A DNA stretch of 64,000 bases from Planctomycetota bacterium (GTDB lineage: Bacteria; Planctomycetota; GCA-002687715; CAIWVZ01). Below, piece after piece: positions 25,523 to 34,857 of this stretch (position 1 is the first letter of the stretch; each line of letters opens with the position of its first letter). The stretch is taken from assembly GCA_044222185.1 (NCBI GenBank), contig JBGANV010000009.1, positions 162,550-226,549 of the forward strand, read 5' to 3'. The position numbers were made by a program, and so were the translations under genes. Below the pieces are notes generated by a model that was not told the DNA's origin, did not search any database, and saw nothing but the letters and a program-made list of their open reading frames with translations.

Positions 25523-28386
25523 TCTCGCCCACCCCAAACGAGAGCGAGACGCGGCGACTCCTCGCGTTCTACGGCGAGCTGCATGACGACGTGGAGTGCG
25601 GACGTCGACCGGACCTCGCTCGCTACGTGGCACGTTTTCCCAAGGCCGCCGAAGAGGTCGCGCGGGCGGTTCTGGAGGCGCTCGGGGGAGACGTCACGGC
25701 GACGGAGTCCGCGACGGAGGTGCCGGCGAGGCTCGGGCCGTACGTGCTGGGTCGGGAGGTGGGGCGTGGCGGTCAGGCCATCGTCTACGAGGCGGAGGAC
25801 CCGCGGCTCCGCCGGCCCGTCGCGCTGAAGGTGATCGCGGGCCTGGGGCCCGGGGCCGAGGCCGTCCTCCGTCGTTTTCGGCGCGAGGCCGAGGCCGCGT
25901 CGCGGCTCGACCATCCGTGCATCTGCCCCGTCTTCGACATGGGAGTCGAGGGAGGCGTCGCCTACATCGCCATGCGTCTCGTGGACGGCGAAACCCTCGC
26001 GGATCGGATCAGTCGCGAGCGCCACGCTCCTTCGCCTGCGGCGACGCAGGACGCCCGACGTCGTGCCCTCGAGCTGCTCGTCGTGTTCGAGAAGACGGCG
26101 CGAGCGCTTCACGCCGCGCACGAGGCGGGGATCGTCCACCGCGACGTCAAACCCGCGAACATCATGATCACGCAGGAGGGCGAGCCCGTCCTGCTGGACT
26201 TCGGTCTGGCGCACGCAGATGACGGCGGACCGAGCCTGACGCGCACGGGCGACGTGTTCGGAACGCCAGCGTACATGGCTCCCGAGCAGGTCTCGGGCGA
26301 CCGCGTGATCGACGCGCGGACCGATGTCTGGGGCTTGGGTGTGTCACTCTTCGAGGCGCTCGCCCTGCGATTGCCGTTCACCGGCGCCACGCGACAGTCG
26401 CTCCTCTCGGCCATCCTCGATGGGGAGGTTCCCGACATTCGAACGCTGGCGAAGGGTGTTCACGCGGACATCCATTCGGTGATCAGCGCGGCCCTCGAGA
26501 AGGACCCGGACCGTCGCTACCGCACCGCGCTCGAGTTCGCCGACGACCTCCGACGCGTGCGCGATGGCGAGGCGCCGTCCGCGCGGCCGGTCGGATTCGC
26601 GACGCGATGGGTGCGGCGCGCGCGCCGTCGGCCCCTCGCCGCGACGGCCGTGATCGTGCTCGCCCTGGCCGTGCCCGCGATCGGCGTCCTGACGGGGGTG
26701 CTCATCGCCTCGCGCCCGGCGGTGCTCGCTGCGGAGCGCGCGACGCTCATGGCCGCCGTCGAGCGCGAGCTCGCCATCGGGCACTCAGCGCTCACGGAGG
26801 CGCAATACGACGAGGCCGGCCCCGCCTTCGATCGGGCGGCCGCCCTCGACCCGATGTCGGAGGATGCAGTCGGCGGGCAAACGCTCGTGGACTTCTACGT
26901 GGGCCGGTGGGCCGCGGCCGTCGGTCGTCTCGAGTCGCATCCGCTGCTTCCGAGGTCTCCCGGACTGAAGCTGCTCTACTCCATGGCGCTGGAGCAAACG
27001 CACCGGGGCGCCGAGGCGAAGGCCGTCAAGGCGTCGATGGAGGGATCCGTCGATCCGTTCCTCTCCTTCGTGAAGGCGAATTGTGAACTCGCGCTCGGCG
27101 GTGAAGGGATGGCTGCCGGGGTCGCGAAACGCGCCGTCGCCGAGATCTGGGAGGCGATCGCGCTGAGTCCGACGCCGCGCCTCATCGACTTCCACTACCT
27201 GGCATTCGCCTCGGCCATGGCCGGCGACGAACGATCCGCGCGATCGGCCGTGGCAGCGCTGCGGGTTCATTGGGGCTCGACGGCGCAGACGGAGCACGCC
27301 ATCGGACACGCCCTCGATCGATTCGACCTGGATCAGGCGCGCCTCGCATTTCGAAGTGCCGCGACCCTGAAGCCGTCCTGGGCGATGGTCTGGCGCGACC
27401 TGGTGCAAACCGAGCGACGTGCCGCGCACCTGGGCGCCGCGACCGAAGCCGCTGAGGACGCCCGCCGTTGCCGTCCCGGCAGCGCCGACTGGGCGTCGCA
27501 GCTCGGCGAGCTCTACCTGCTCGCCGGACGCTTCGACGACGCGGTGCGGGAGATGGAGGCCGCTTGCACCATCGACCCGAAGTCGGCGCGATTCAAGCAC
27601 AACGTGGCGTCCGTGCTGCGATTGGCGGGACGCGCGGAGGAGGCGGCCGCGGCCTACCGTGCCGCATTGACGCTCGACCCGAAGTGGGCGCGGTCGGCGT
27701 GCGACCTGGCGATCGTGCTCCGCGAATCCGGAGACTACACGGGTGCGCTCGCCATGATGAAGCGGGGGCACGAGCTCGGCAGCGCCACTCCCGGCTGGAG
27801 CATGCCATCCGCGCGCTGGGTGACGGAGGCGGAGCATCTCATCGATCGCGCTGCGGCGCTGGAGGAGGTTCGCCGCGATCGCGAGGGCATGTCGGATCTG
27901 GATCACGCCGAGTTGACCGACATGGCGCGGCTTTCGAAGCTCGCAGGCTACACGGCGGCGGCGACGCGGCTCGTGCAGGCCGACCTCGACAAGTTTCCGC
28001 CGAAGGTCCAGCCCGGCGCCGAGGACCTCGCCGACTCGCGGAGACTCATCGGCGCGGCGACGGCGCTGCGCGCGGGCTTCGGCCAGGGGCGAGATGCTCC
28101 TGCCGATGCCGCGACGCGAGCGGAGTTCCGGGTGTTGGCCCTCGAGTGGGTCGGCGCTGCCGTCCAGGTGGCGCGGTCGGTGGCCGCGCGGGACGCTGGC
28201 AAGGTCGCGACCGCGCGGGACACGCTCGACGCAGTGCTGCTCGGCACCGACTTCATCCTCGCGCGCGCTGCGCGGTCGAGTGCGCTCGTCCCGGCGGATG
28301 AGAGAGCGCGGTGGGCCGCGTTGCTGTCATCGACGGAGTCGCTGCGGGACGAGTTGACCTCCAATCCCAAGGGCCGGGCTCCGTGA
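25519..28386 (+). CDS. Membrane Ser/Thr protein kinase with TPR repeats (paralogue 2)
   Basis: Same catalytic motifs; ATGA overlap with paralogue 1; collinear similarity along the full length. Confidence 0.93.
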   Translation: MISPTPNESETRRLLAFYGELHDDVECGRRPDLARYVARFPKAAEEVARAVLEALGGDVTATESATEVPARLGPYVLGREVGRGGQAIVYEAEDPRLRRPVALKVIAGLGPGAEAVLRRFRREAEAASRLDHPCICPVFDMGVEGGVAYIAMRLVDGETLADRISRERHAPSPAATQDARRRALELLVVFEKTARALHAAHEAGIVHRDVKPANIMITQEGEPVLLDFGLAHADDGGPSLTRTGDVFGTPAYMAPEQVSGDRVIDARTDVWGLGVSLFEALALRLPFTGATRQSLLSAILDGEVPDIRTLAKGVHADIHSVISAALEKDPDRRYRTALEFADDLRRVRDGEAPSARPVGFATRWVRRARRRPLAATAVIVLALAVPAIGVLTGVLIASRPAVLAAERATLMAAVERELAIGHSALTEAQYDEAGPAFDRAAALDPMSEDAVGGQTLVDFYVGRWAAAVGRLESHPLLPRSPGLKLLYSMALEQTHRGAEAKAVKASMEGSVDPFLSFVKANCELALGGEGMAAGVAKRAVAEIWEAIALSPTPRLIDFHYLAFASAMAGDERSARSAVAALRVHWGSTAQTEHAIGHALDRFDLDQARLAFRSAATLKPSWAMVWRDLVQTERRAAHLGAATEAAEDARRCRPGSADWASQLGELYLLAGRFDDAVREMEAACTIDPKSARFKHNVASVLRLAGRAEEAAAAYRAALTLDPKWARSACDLAIVLRESGDYTGALAMMKRGHELGSATPGWSMPSARWVTEAEHLIDRAAALEEVRRDREGMSDLDHAELTDMARLSKLAGYTAAATRLVQADLDKFPPKVQPGAEDLADSRRLIGAATALRAGFGQGRDAPADAATRAEFRVLALEWVGAAVQVARSVAARDAGKVATARDTLDAVLLGTDFILARAARSSALVPADERARWAALLSSTESLRDELTSNPKGRAP

Positions 28387-28395
28387 CGCCGGGGC

Positions 28396-29013
28396 TCAGC
28401 CGTCGTCGACCAGATCGTTCGTGATGCCGGCGTCGCGCAAACGCGCTCGCAAGCGCTGCCATCGCTTGGCGACCGCTTCGGCACCGATGCCGAGATCGAC
28501 CGCCGCCTGCGCGGCCGTCGCGCCTTCGAGGCCGCACAGCACGAGGAGATTCCGGTCGTCGTCGTCGAGTTCGCGGAACTTCTCGATCATGGCGCGGAGG
28601 GCCTCATCCTTCGCCACGCGCGTGCTGATGGGCGTGGCGTCGTCCGGCGTCTGCGAGACGGTGGGGCCTCGCGGGACCGCTGGAGTCGTGTGGACCCGGC
28701 TGCGCACGGTGCCGCGGCGGAAGGCGTCGAGGAGCACGTGCGACGCGATGCCGAAGACCCAGGCGCGGAACGACGTCGTCGCGGGATCGAACGTGCCGAA
28801 GGACGCGAACGCACGCCACCACGTCTCCTGCACCACGTCCTCGGGGGCGAGATTGCGCCGCGTCGCGGGGCGGATGCGGAGCGCGGCCCAGGCGTAGATC
28901 GCGGGCGCCAGTCGTTCGTAGAGCGACCCGAAGGCGCCCCGATCGTTTTCGCGGGCGCGGTTCGCCAACGCTTGCGTCACGTCGCCAGGCGGCGGTGGAG
29001 TCTCATCCGGCAT
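28396..29013 (-). CDS. ECF RNA polymerase sigma factor
   Basis: AFGSLYERL, PEDVVQETW, SFRAWVFGIA (region 2); LDDDDRNLLVL...AVAKRWQRLRARL (region 4). Confidence 0.9.
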   Translation of the reverse strand: MPDETPPPPGDVTQALANRARENDRGAFGSLYERLAPAIYAWAALRIRPATRRNLAPEDVVQETWWRAFASFGTFDPATTSFRAWVFGIASHVLLDAFRRGTVRSRVHTTPAVPRGPTVSQTPDDATPISTRVAKDEALRAMIEKFRELDDDDRNLLVLCGLEGATAAQAAVDLGIGAEAVAKRWQRLRARLRDAGITNDLVDDG

Positions 29014-29096
29014 GCCGGGCCCATTGTGTCCGTCGCGACCGGCGACGTCGAGGGAGCCTGGCGGGGGACGCGCGCGGACCCTGCATGAACCGTGGC

Positions 29097-29816
29097 CTAT
29101 GGATTCGCCTTGGGCGGCGGGTCCGGCCAGCGGAACTCGCTTGGACGCTGTGGCCTGCGCGGCTTCAACGGAGTTTCGGCCGGGTTCGGAATGAGCTGAT
29201 CGAGGCCCACCGTCGACGGATCGCTGACGACGGACTCGGTCCCGGTGGCCTCGAGCGCGCTGACCTCACGGAGCTGGGCGCCCGAGAAGTCCGCACCCGT
29301 CAGATCCGAACGAGAGAGGCTCGTCCGCAGCAGGCTCGCGCGACGGAACGACGTGCCGCGGACGTTGGCCGAGCGGATCTGCGTTCCCACGAGCTTCGCG
29401 TCCGTCAGGTCGGCGCCCTCCAGGCAGACGCCGCTGAAGAGCACGCCTTCCAGGTGACATCCCCCGAGCCGGGCGCGGGTCAGATCGGCGTCCTGGAAGT
29501 TTGCGACCTGGAGCTGGCAGCCGGCGAACGACGCGCCCGCGAGCTTCGCCCGTCGGAAGTTCGCCCGCGAGAGGTCGGCGCCGTCGAACCGCGCGCCGAC
29601 GAGCGTCGCTCCCTCGAAGCTCGCGTGCTCGAGTTTCGCGCCCGAGAGATCGACCCCGTCCCACGAAACCCCGGCGTAGACGTGGAGGTGCCCGCCGCCG
29701 GATCGGATCGCAGCCAGGGCCTCGTCGCGGTGCGCGGCGGCGTCGTCCAGGTGGGCTGCGCACGTCGCCCGGAACTGGACGGCTTCGTTCGAACACAGTG
29801 TGCAGGTGCGGCGCAT
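29097..29816 (-). CDS. Pentapeptide repeat protein with an N-terminal CxxC...CxxH motif
   Basis: ADLSR/ANFRR/AKLAG-type repeats; CTLC...CAAH. Confidence 0.88.
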   Translation of the reverse strand: MRRTCTLCSNEAVQFRATCAAHLDDAAAHRDEALAAIRSGGGHLHVYAGVSWDGVDLSGAKLEHASFEGATLVGARFDGADLSRANFRRAKLAGASFAGCQLQVANFQDADLTRARLGGCHLEGVLFSGVCLEGADLTDAKLVGTQIRSANVRGTSFRRASLLRTSLSRSDLTGADFSGAQLREVSALEATGTESVVSDPSTVGLDQLIPNPAETPLKPRRPQRPSEFRWPDPPPKANP

Positions 29817-30127
29817 GGGGTGGGTTTGCGGCGATCGGGTTTCGTGCCGCGCATCATACGGGACCGCCGACCGTCACGTGGGCGGCACGCCTTCGAAGGC
29901 CCGGACGATTCGCGCGTCGATTGCAACTCAGGACGATCACGTGGTGGGGCCGCGCGGGCGAGTCGTTCGTTGCAAAGCCGTCGGCCCGGGCGGAGAATCC
30001 GGCGCAAGCGTCCCTTCGTGCGCTGCGAGGGATCTGGGCGCGCTGCACGCGAGGCCGTGTTGATGGAGCGGCTGCAGAGTGAGTCCGACTCCGAGGAACT
30101 CGGACGAGAACATGATGGTTGACACGC

Positions 30128-31210
30128 ATGATTGATGCTCCGGGGGCGGCGTTCCTCCGTGCGGTGGGGCTGCTTGCCGATCCGACCGCCGCTACGGCGA
30201 TTCATCCGAACGACGAGATGCTGCGCTGGCTCGATCAACCTCACGTCGATCGACGGCTTCAACGAGCGGAGTACCTCCGACAGGGCTATGAAGCAGCAAT
30301 GACCGTCGCCGAGGTCTGCCGCGTCTTGGGACTCGAGGCCCGACCCCTCTCAGTTCTCGACTATGCGTCCGGCTACGGTAGGACCGCGCGTTTTCTCCGG
30401 GCCGCGCTCGGCGACATCGCTCTCAGTGTGTCCGACATTCAGGACGAAGCCGTCGACTACGCCGGCCGGATCACTGGTGCCATGCGGGTACCGGCTGCCT
30501 GGACTCCAGGTGAATTGGAGCTTCGATCGCGCCATGACCTGGTGTTCGTCGGTTCACTGTTCACGCACTTGCGACCCGAGCAGTTTGGCGACTGGATCGA
30601 GCGCCTTTACCGAATCTGCGCGCCGTCTGGCGCACTGATGTTCAGCACGCATGGGTTGGACGAGGGCCCCATGGGTCGCTCACACCAATTCGAGCCCGTC
30701 AGCGAATCCGCCCGGCTTCCGCGGGAGCTCTACGGGACGACGGACGTCGACCCCCTCTGGGTCAAGGCGCTGATCGCGAGCCGTGGCCTTCCCCTCGCAC
30801 TGTTCGTCATGAAGGGGCTCTGGCTCTCCCAGGACATCTACGTGATCTCGAGGCGCCCATGCGCGAAACACTTCGTGCGGACCTCGATCGCCCGCGGTGC
30901 CATGACGATCGCGAGGACACGCGGGGTCGGGGGGGGGGGGGACGGTCTCCTGTGCACCGGCTGGGTCGAAGCCCCGCAGCCGGTGTCCCACGAGGCCGTC
31001 ACCGTTCGCTGCGGCACGATGATCGCGGTCGAGGTTCCGCTATCTCGGCTGGAACTCCGCGGATCGGCCTCGGGCGACGCAACGGTGCATCGATACGCCT
31101 GGACTTGTGCCGGCGACATTCCGGGAATCGACCGGGGCGCGGCTGTCACCGCATCGGTCCGACTTGCCGACGGCACGACGAGCTGCTTCGCCGCGGCGTT
31201 CGTCGAGTGA
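30128..31210 (+). CDS. Class I SAM-dependent methyltransferase
   Basis: IHPNDEM, VLDYASGYGRTARFL, DLVFVGSLFTHL, LMFSTHG. Confidence 0.85.
   Translation: MIDAPGAAFLRAVGLLADPTAATAIHPNDEMLRWLDQPHVDRRLQRAEYLRQGYEAAMTVAEVCRVLGLEARPLSVLDYASGYGRTARFLRAALGDIALSVSDIQDEAVDYAGRITGAMRVPAAWTPGELELRSRHDLVFVGSLFTHLRPEQFGDWIERLYRICAPSGALMFSTHGLDEGPMGRSHQFEPVSESARLPRELYGTTDVDPLWVKALIASRGLPLALFVMKGLWLSQDIYVISRRPCAKHFVRTSIARGAMTIARTRGVGGGGDGLLCTGWVEAPQPVSHEAVTVRCGTMIAVEVPLSRLELRGSASGDATVHRYAWTCAGDIPGIDRGAAVTASVRLADGTTSCFAAAFVE
30929..30941 (+). repeat. G13 homopolymer inside the methyltransferase CDS
   Basis: gtc GGGGGGGGGGGGG ac, encoding VGGGGD; currently in frame. Confidence 0.9.
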
Positions 31211-31220
31211 CGTCGGATGA

Positions 31221-32492
31221 GTGATCGACGTATCACCGGGTCATCTCCCGTCGCGCGAGGTGCTGGCGAGGCGCTGGACATCGACGCCGCCGCGCCCGGC
31301 GGCCGCAACTCGGGCGTGGAACGGTACAGCCCGGCCGTTCGTTCGACGCGCTCTGGCACCACAGCGTCCCGAAGGACCCTTCGCCCGCGCTACCATCGCC
31401 GCCGTGTTCGACTCGCTCGTCTTCCTCTCGCACCACAAGGGCGTGATGCCCGATGACCTGGCGGCGGCACTCGACGCCGACGGGAATCGGGCCATGCTCA
31501 CGGAACTGATCGCCCGGGGCGCACTGGGGCGGGCGACGATCTACATGGGCGGACCCCAGGCGCGAACGTTCGACTCGCACGGAGTCGCCATCGAGGTCGT
31601 GCGGTCGTTTCGTGGTCTCGGCGAGAAGGCCCTCGCGGGCGACATCCTCCTCGTCCGTGGCGACAAGTGGTCCTACCTGCCGGCGCTCCGGAGCGGGCGC
31701 TGGAAGTTGTGGGCGTTCTACGGCGCGAGCCGGCGGTTCTATCCCCGGCGGACCTGGGGATACGACGTGATCTTCTGCGACGAGCCGCGCCACGTGGAGT
31801 CCACGCGCGCGCTCTTTCCCCAGGCTCATGCCGCGCGCTGGCTGAAGACGACGGACCCGGGTGCGTTCCATCCGCTCGCGGGAGCGGTGCGTACGTGGGA
31901 CGTGGTCTGCTTCGGCAACATGAATGCGCTGCCGAAGAACTACAAGGCGCTGCCGCCCATCGTTCGCGCGCGACCGAACCTCCGGTGGCTCGTGATCGGA
32001 ACTCCCGAACCCACGCTCGTTCGGGAACTGAAGGCCGCGTCGCCGACGATCGACTTCGCCGGGCACGTTCCTGCGGAACGCGCGAACGCGCTCCTGAACG
32101 CCTGCGGCGTGGGGCTGATCCTCTCGGAACAAGACGGAGCACCGCGCACCATCCTCGAATCGATGGCGGCCGGACTTCCGCAGATCGTGAACTCACGGCT
32201 CGTCGCCGGCACGGCGTACGTCCGCGCGGACGCCGGCGAGCTGGCGCCCATCGAGACCTTCGCGACGACGATCGACGCCGTTCTCGCCGATCGCGAACGG
32301 TTCGACCCGGCGGCGGCGTTCCGCCGCGAGTTCTCACCGCAGGCGGCCGCGGACGCGTTCCTCGCCGCCGTCACGGCGGCGTGGCCGACGGCCGGCGCTC
32401 ACCGCACGCCGTTCCGCCAGCGGTGGTGGCACTCGCTGCTCGGCGCCAAGATCAACTCGGGTCACTGGCGGCGACGCGGCGTCGATCTATGA
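31221..32492 (+). CDS. Glycosyltransferase, GT-B fold (GT4-like); start uncertain
   Basis: PKNYKAL, DFAGHVP, SEQDGAPRTILESMAAGLPQI, RREFS. Confidence 0.85.
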   Translation: MIDVSPGHLPSREVLARRWTSTPPRPAAATRAWNGTARPFVRRALAPQRPEGPFARATIAAVFDSLVFLSHHKGVMPDDLAAALDADGNRAMLTELIARGALGRATIYMGGPQARTFDSHGVAIEVVRSFRGLGEKALAGDILLVRGDKWSYLPALRSGRWKLWAFYGASRRFYPRRTWGYDVIFCDEPRHVESTRALFPQAHAARWLKTTDPGAFHPLAGAVRTWDVVCFGNMNALPKNYKALPPIVRARPNLRWLVIGTPEPTLVRELKAASPTIDFAGHVPAERANALLNACGVGLILSEQDGAPRTILESMAAGLPQIVNSRLVAGTAYVRADAGELAPIETFATTIDAVLADRERFDPAAAFRREFSPQAAADAFLAAVTAAWPTAGAHRTPFRQRWWHSLLGAKINSGHWRRRGVDL

Positions 32493-33299
32493 CGGAACGA
32501 GGCGGCGATAGGCGTCCGCGATCCGGTCGAGGCTGAACTCTCGCGCCGCGTCCAGTCCTCGGATCGCCAGCGTGTCGTGGGCCGCCTCGTTCGATCGCAA
32601 CGCCACGCAGGCCTCGACGAGCTCGTCGAGCGACGTGACGGCCTGGAACATCCCGCGGAATGGTTCGAACGCGGGCTCGGGGTACGCGACGACGGGAACG
32701 CCGAACGCCATCGCGTTCACGAGCTTCAGCGGAGGCTTCAGTTCCAGGGGATGATTCGGGGTCGGCGCCTGCGGCGTGAACGCGAGCGCGATGTCGGCGT
32801 TCGCCAACGCGGCACAGTGCTTCTCGCGAGGTTCCTGGCCCCGCACTTCGGTGAGCTCGAACCCCGCAGCTTCGAGGCGCTGCCTGACCACCGTGCGGTC
32901 GAGTTGGAATCGGTCGCCGGAGATGACGACCCTCCACACCGGCGCGGGGGTGCGGCGCAGGCCCTCGAGATTGCAGTGGTGAATCGGGATGCAGATCACG
33001 GGGTTTCGGATTCGCCGGCGGATCCACTCGGCAGCAAGCGGCGTCAACGCGATCACGCGAATGTCCGGTCGCGTCGAGAGCGCCTCCAGGTCGCGCGCGT
33101 CGTCGTTCACGTCGCAGTAGACCTCCCGCGCGGCGTTCACCGCGCGCCAGTCGATGCGCTTCACCATGACGACGGTGTCCGAGGCCCGGACGAACCACGG
33201 ATTCACCGCGGCGCCGAGCCTCGCGGCCACCTGGCGCGCGCGCGTCGCCGTCGAGGCGGAGGCGCGTCTGCGGGACCCGATGAACACGAGGCGACTCAC
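32487..33299 (-). CDS. Glycosyltransferase-like protein
   Basis: KPPLKLVNAMAFGVPVVA, AREFSLDRIADAY; GTG start overlaps the stop of the upstream kinase (GTGA). Confidence 0.75.
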   Translation of the reverse strand: MSRLVFIGSRRRASASTATRARQVAARLGAAVNPWFVRASDTVVMVKRIDWRAVNAAREVYCDVNDDARDLEALSTRPDIRVIALTPLAAEWIRRRIRNPVICIPIHHCNLEGLRRTPAPVWRVVISGDRFQLDRTVVRQRLEAAGFELTEVRGQEPREKHCAALANADIALAFTPQAPTPNHPLELKPPLKLVNAMAFGVPVVAYPEPAFEPFRGMFQAVTSLDELVEACVALRSNEAAHDTLAIRGLDAAREFSLDRIADAYRRLVPS

Positions 33300-34792
33300 G
33301 GGAGCGGCGCTGCGTACGTCTCGTAGCGGCCGAGCGCCGCCGATACACCTTCGTGGACGATCCGCCGGCGAATGCGGTCGCGGCACGCCTTGTCGAGCGG
33401 AAGCAGTTTCAACGCGGAAACCAGACGACGCGCAGCCCGTACGGCATTCCAGGAGTGCATGCGTCGTGGGACGTGGACTGCCGCTCGGTGATGGAGCGAG
33501 GGGATCCCTCGGGGGTCCATGCGGATGTGCGCGAACACGTGGGGACCCGGGACGACTCCCGCGGCGAAGAGCCCGACGAGGAGATCTCCCAGCCGCCGCT
33601 CGGCATCGGCAGTGAGCGGTGCGGCCGCGAGGGCGTCGGCGATCGGCGGATGATCGTCGTGGACACGTGCTTCGAGTGCGAGCCAGGACGAATCACCCGC
33701 GAGCTTCACCGCCACAGGCGCCGGCGCAGCGAGCCCGAACTGACGCATCAGGCGATACGCCGTCCAGAGGATCCTCGTCTCGTACTGGCTGCCGCGGCGA
33801 ACGGCGAGCATGTCGAAGCTCTGCCACGTGCCCCGCGGCCACGTGGCCTGATCCAGGCTCGGGGCATGGAGGGCGATGCATCCAATGCGGCTCGGGATCG
33901 CGTGGATGCCTCGCCCCGCGGCCACCTCGAGGCCGTCCCGATCCGGCATGGGACAGGCGTGAGTCCGCTTGCCCCGGTGTCTGTAGAACCACTCCACGCG
34001 GCGAGAGATGGTGGACCACGCGATGCGGGGCGGCCACCGGAGGCCGGCAGACGCGGCGAGGTACGTGCGAAGGAACCGCCATCGGAGTGCGGCGCTGACA
34101 CGCGAGCGGGGCAGCGTCGCTGCCAGGGCCGCCAGATCCCGAGCGCGCTCGCGCGGGGACACTGCGCGGTGCTGGGACATGGACGCGAGGTCGATGAAGC
34201 CGACGCGCGGCAGCGCGCCGTCGATCCCGATCACGTAGATGTGTTTCGCGAAGAGCGAGGGGAAGCGCAGCCCCGCGGCGTGCATCCACCCCACCGCGTG
34301 CGCGATGGCATCGGCGACGAGGTTCGTGCGTTCGCGACCGAGTGCCTCGGGCCGCAGCAGCAGCTGGTCGAGACTCGTGCCTTCCATGTTCTCGACGACG
34401 AGAAACGAGCTCGTCGGGAGGGGGCCGCGCCGGACCTCGCCGAATGCCAGGGGGCGCGGAACGATGAGACCGGCCTTGCGGGCGCGCCAGAGCATGTTCC
34501 ATTCCTGGGCGATGGGCGTCGTCATGCGACGCGCGGCGAGGCTCGTCTGGAGCAGGTCCCCGACGCTGATCTCACGCAGCCGTTTGTCGAAGATCCTCAT
34601 CCCCCCGGGCCCGTCGTCCCGGACGGCGTTCTCCCGATGGCGCGTTCGGTAGAAGACGCAGCGTGTCGGGTCGTCCGCGCGCGGCCCGGAGGGATCCAGG
34701 TAGCCGCGCTGCTCGAGCCAGGCTTCGTGCTCGGCGAGGTACCACACGCGGCCGGACGGCGTGCGCAGGAGCTTGACCTCGTCGGACGACAT
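33296..34792 (-). CDS. Lipopolysaccharide kinase (Kdo/WaaP/InaA-like) family protein with an altered catalytic loop
   Basis: QEWNML...GLIVPRPLAFGE, SFLVVENMEG, MHAAGL, FIDL, RARDLAAL, RWRFLRTY. Confidence 0.78.
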   Translation of the reverse strand: MSSDEVKLLRTPSGRVWYLAEHEAWLEQRGYLDPSGPRADDPTRCVFYRTRHRENAVRDDGPGGMRIFDKRLREISVGDLLQTSLAARRMTTPIAQEWNMLWRARKAGLIVPRPLAFGEVRRGPLPTSSFLVVENMEGTSLDQLLLRPEALGRERTNLVADAIAHAVGWMHAAGLRFPSLFAKHIYVIGIDGALPRVGFIDLASMSQHRAVSPRERARDLAALAATLPRSRVSAALRWRFLRTYLAASAGLRWPPRIAWSTISRRVEWFYRHRGKRTHACPMPDRDGLEVAAGRGIHAIPSRIGCIALHAPSLDQATWPRGTWQSFDMLAVRRGSQYETRILWTAYRLMRQFGLAAPAPVAVKLAGDSSWLALEARVHDDHPPIADALAAAPLTADAERRLGDLLVGLFAAGVVPGPHVFAHIRMDPRGIPSLHHRAAVHVPRRMHSWNAVRAARRLVSALKLLPLDKACRDRIRRRIVHEGVSAALGRYETYAAPLP

Positions 34793-34857
34793 GAGCGAGG
34801 TTTATCAGCCGCGCACGGCGCGGCCAACGCGAAACGCTCCGCCACGCGGTGTGCCGA

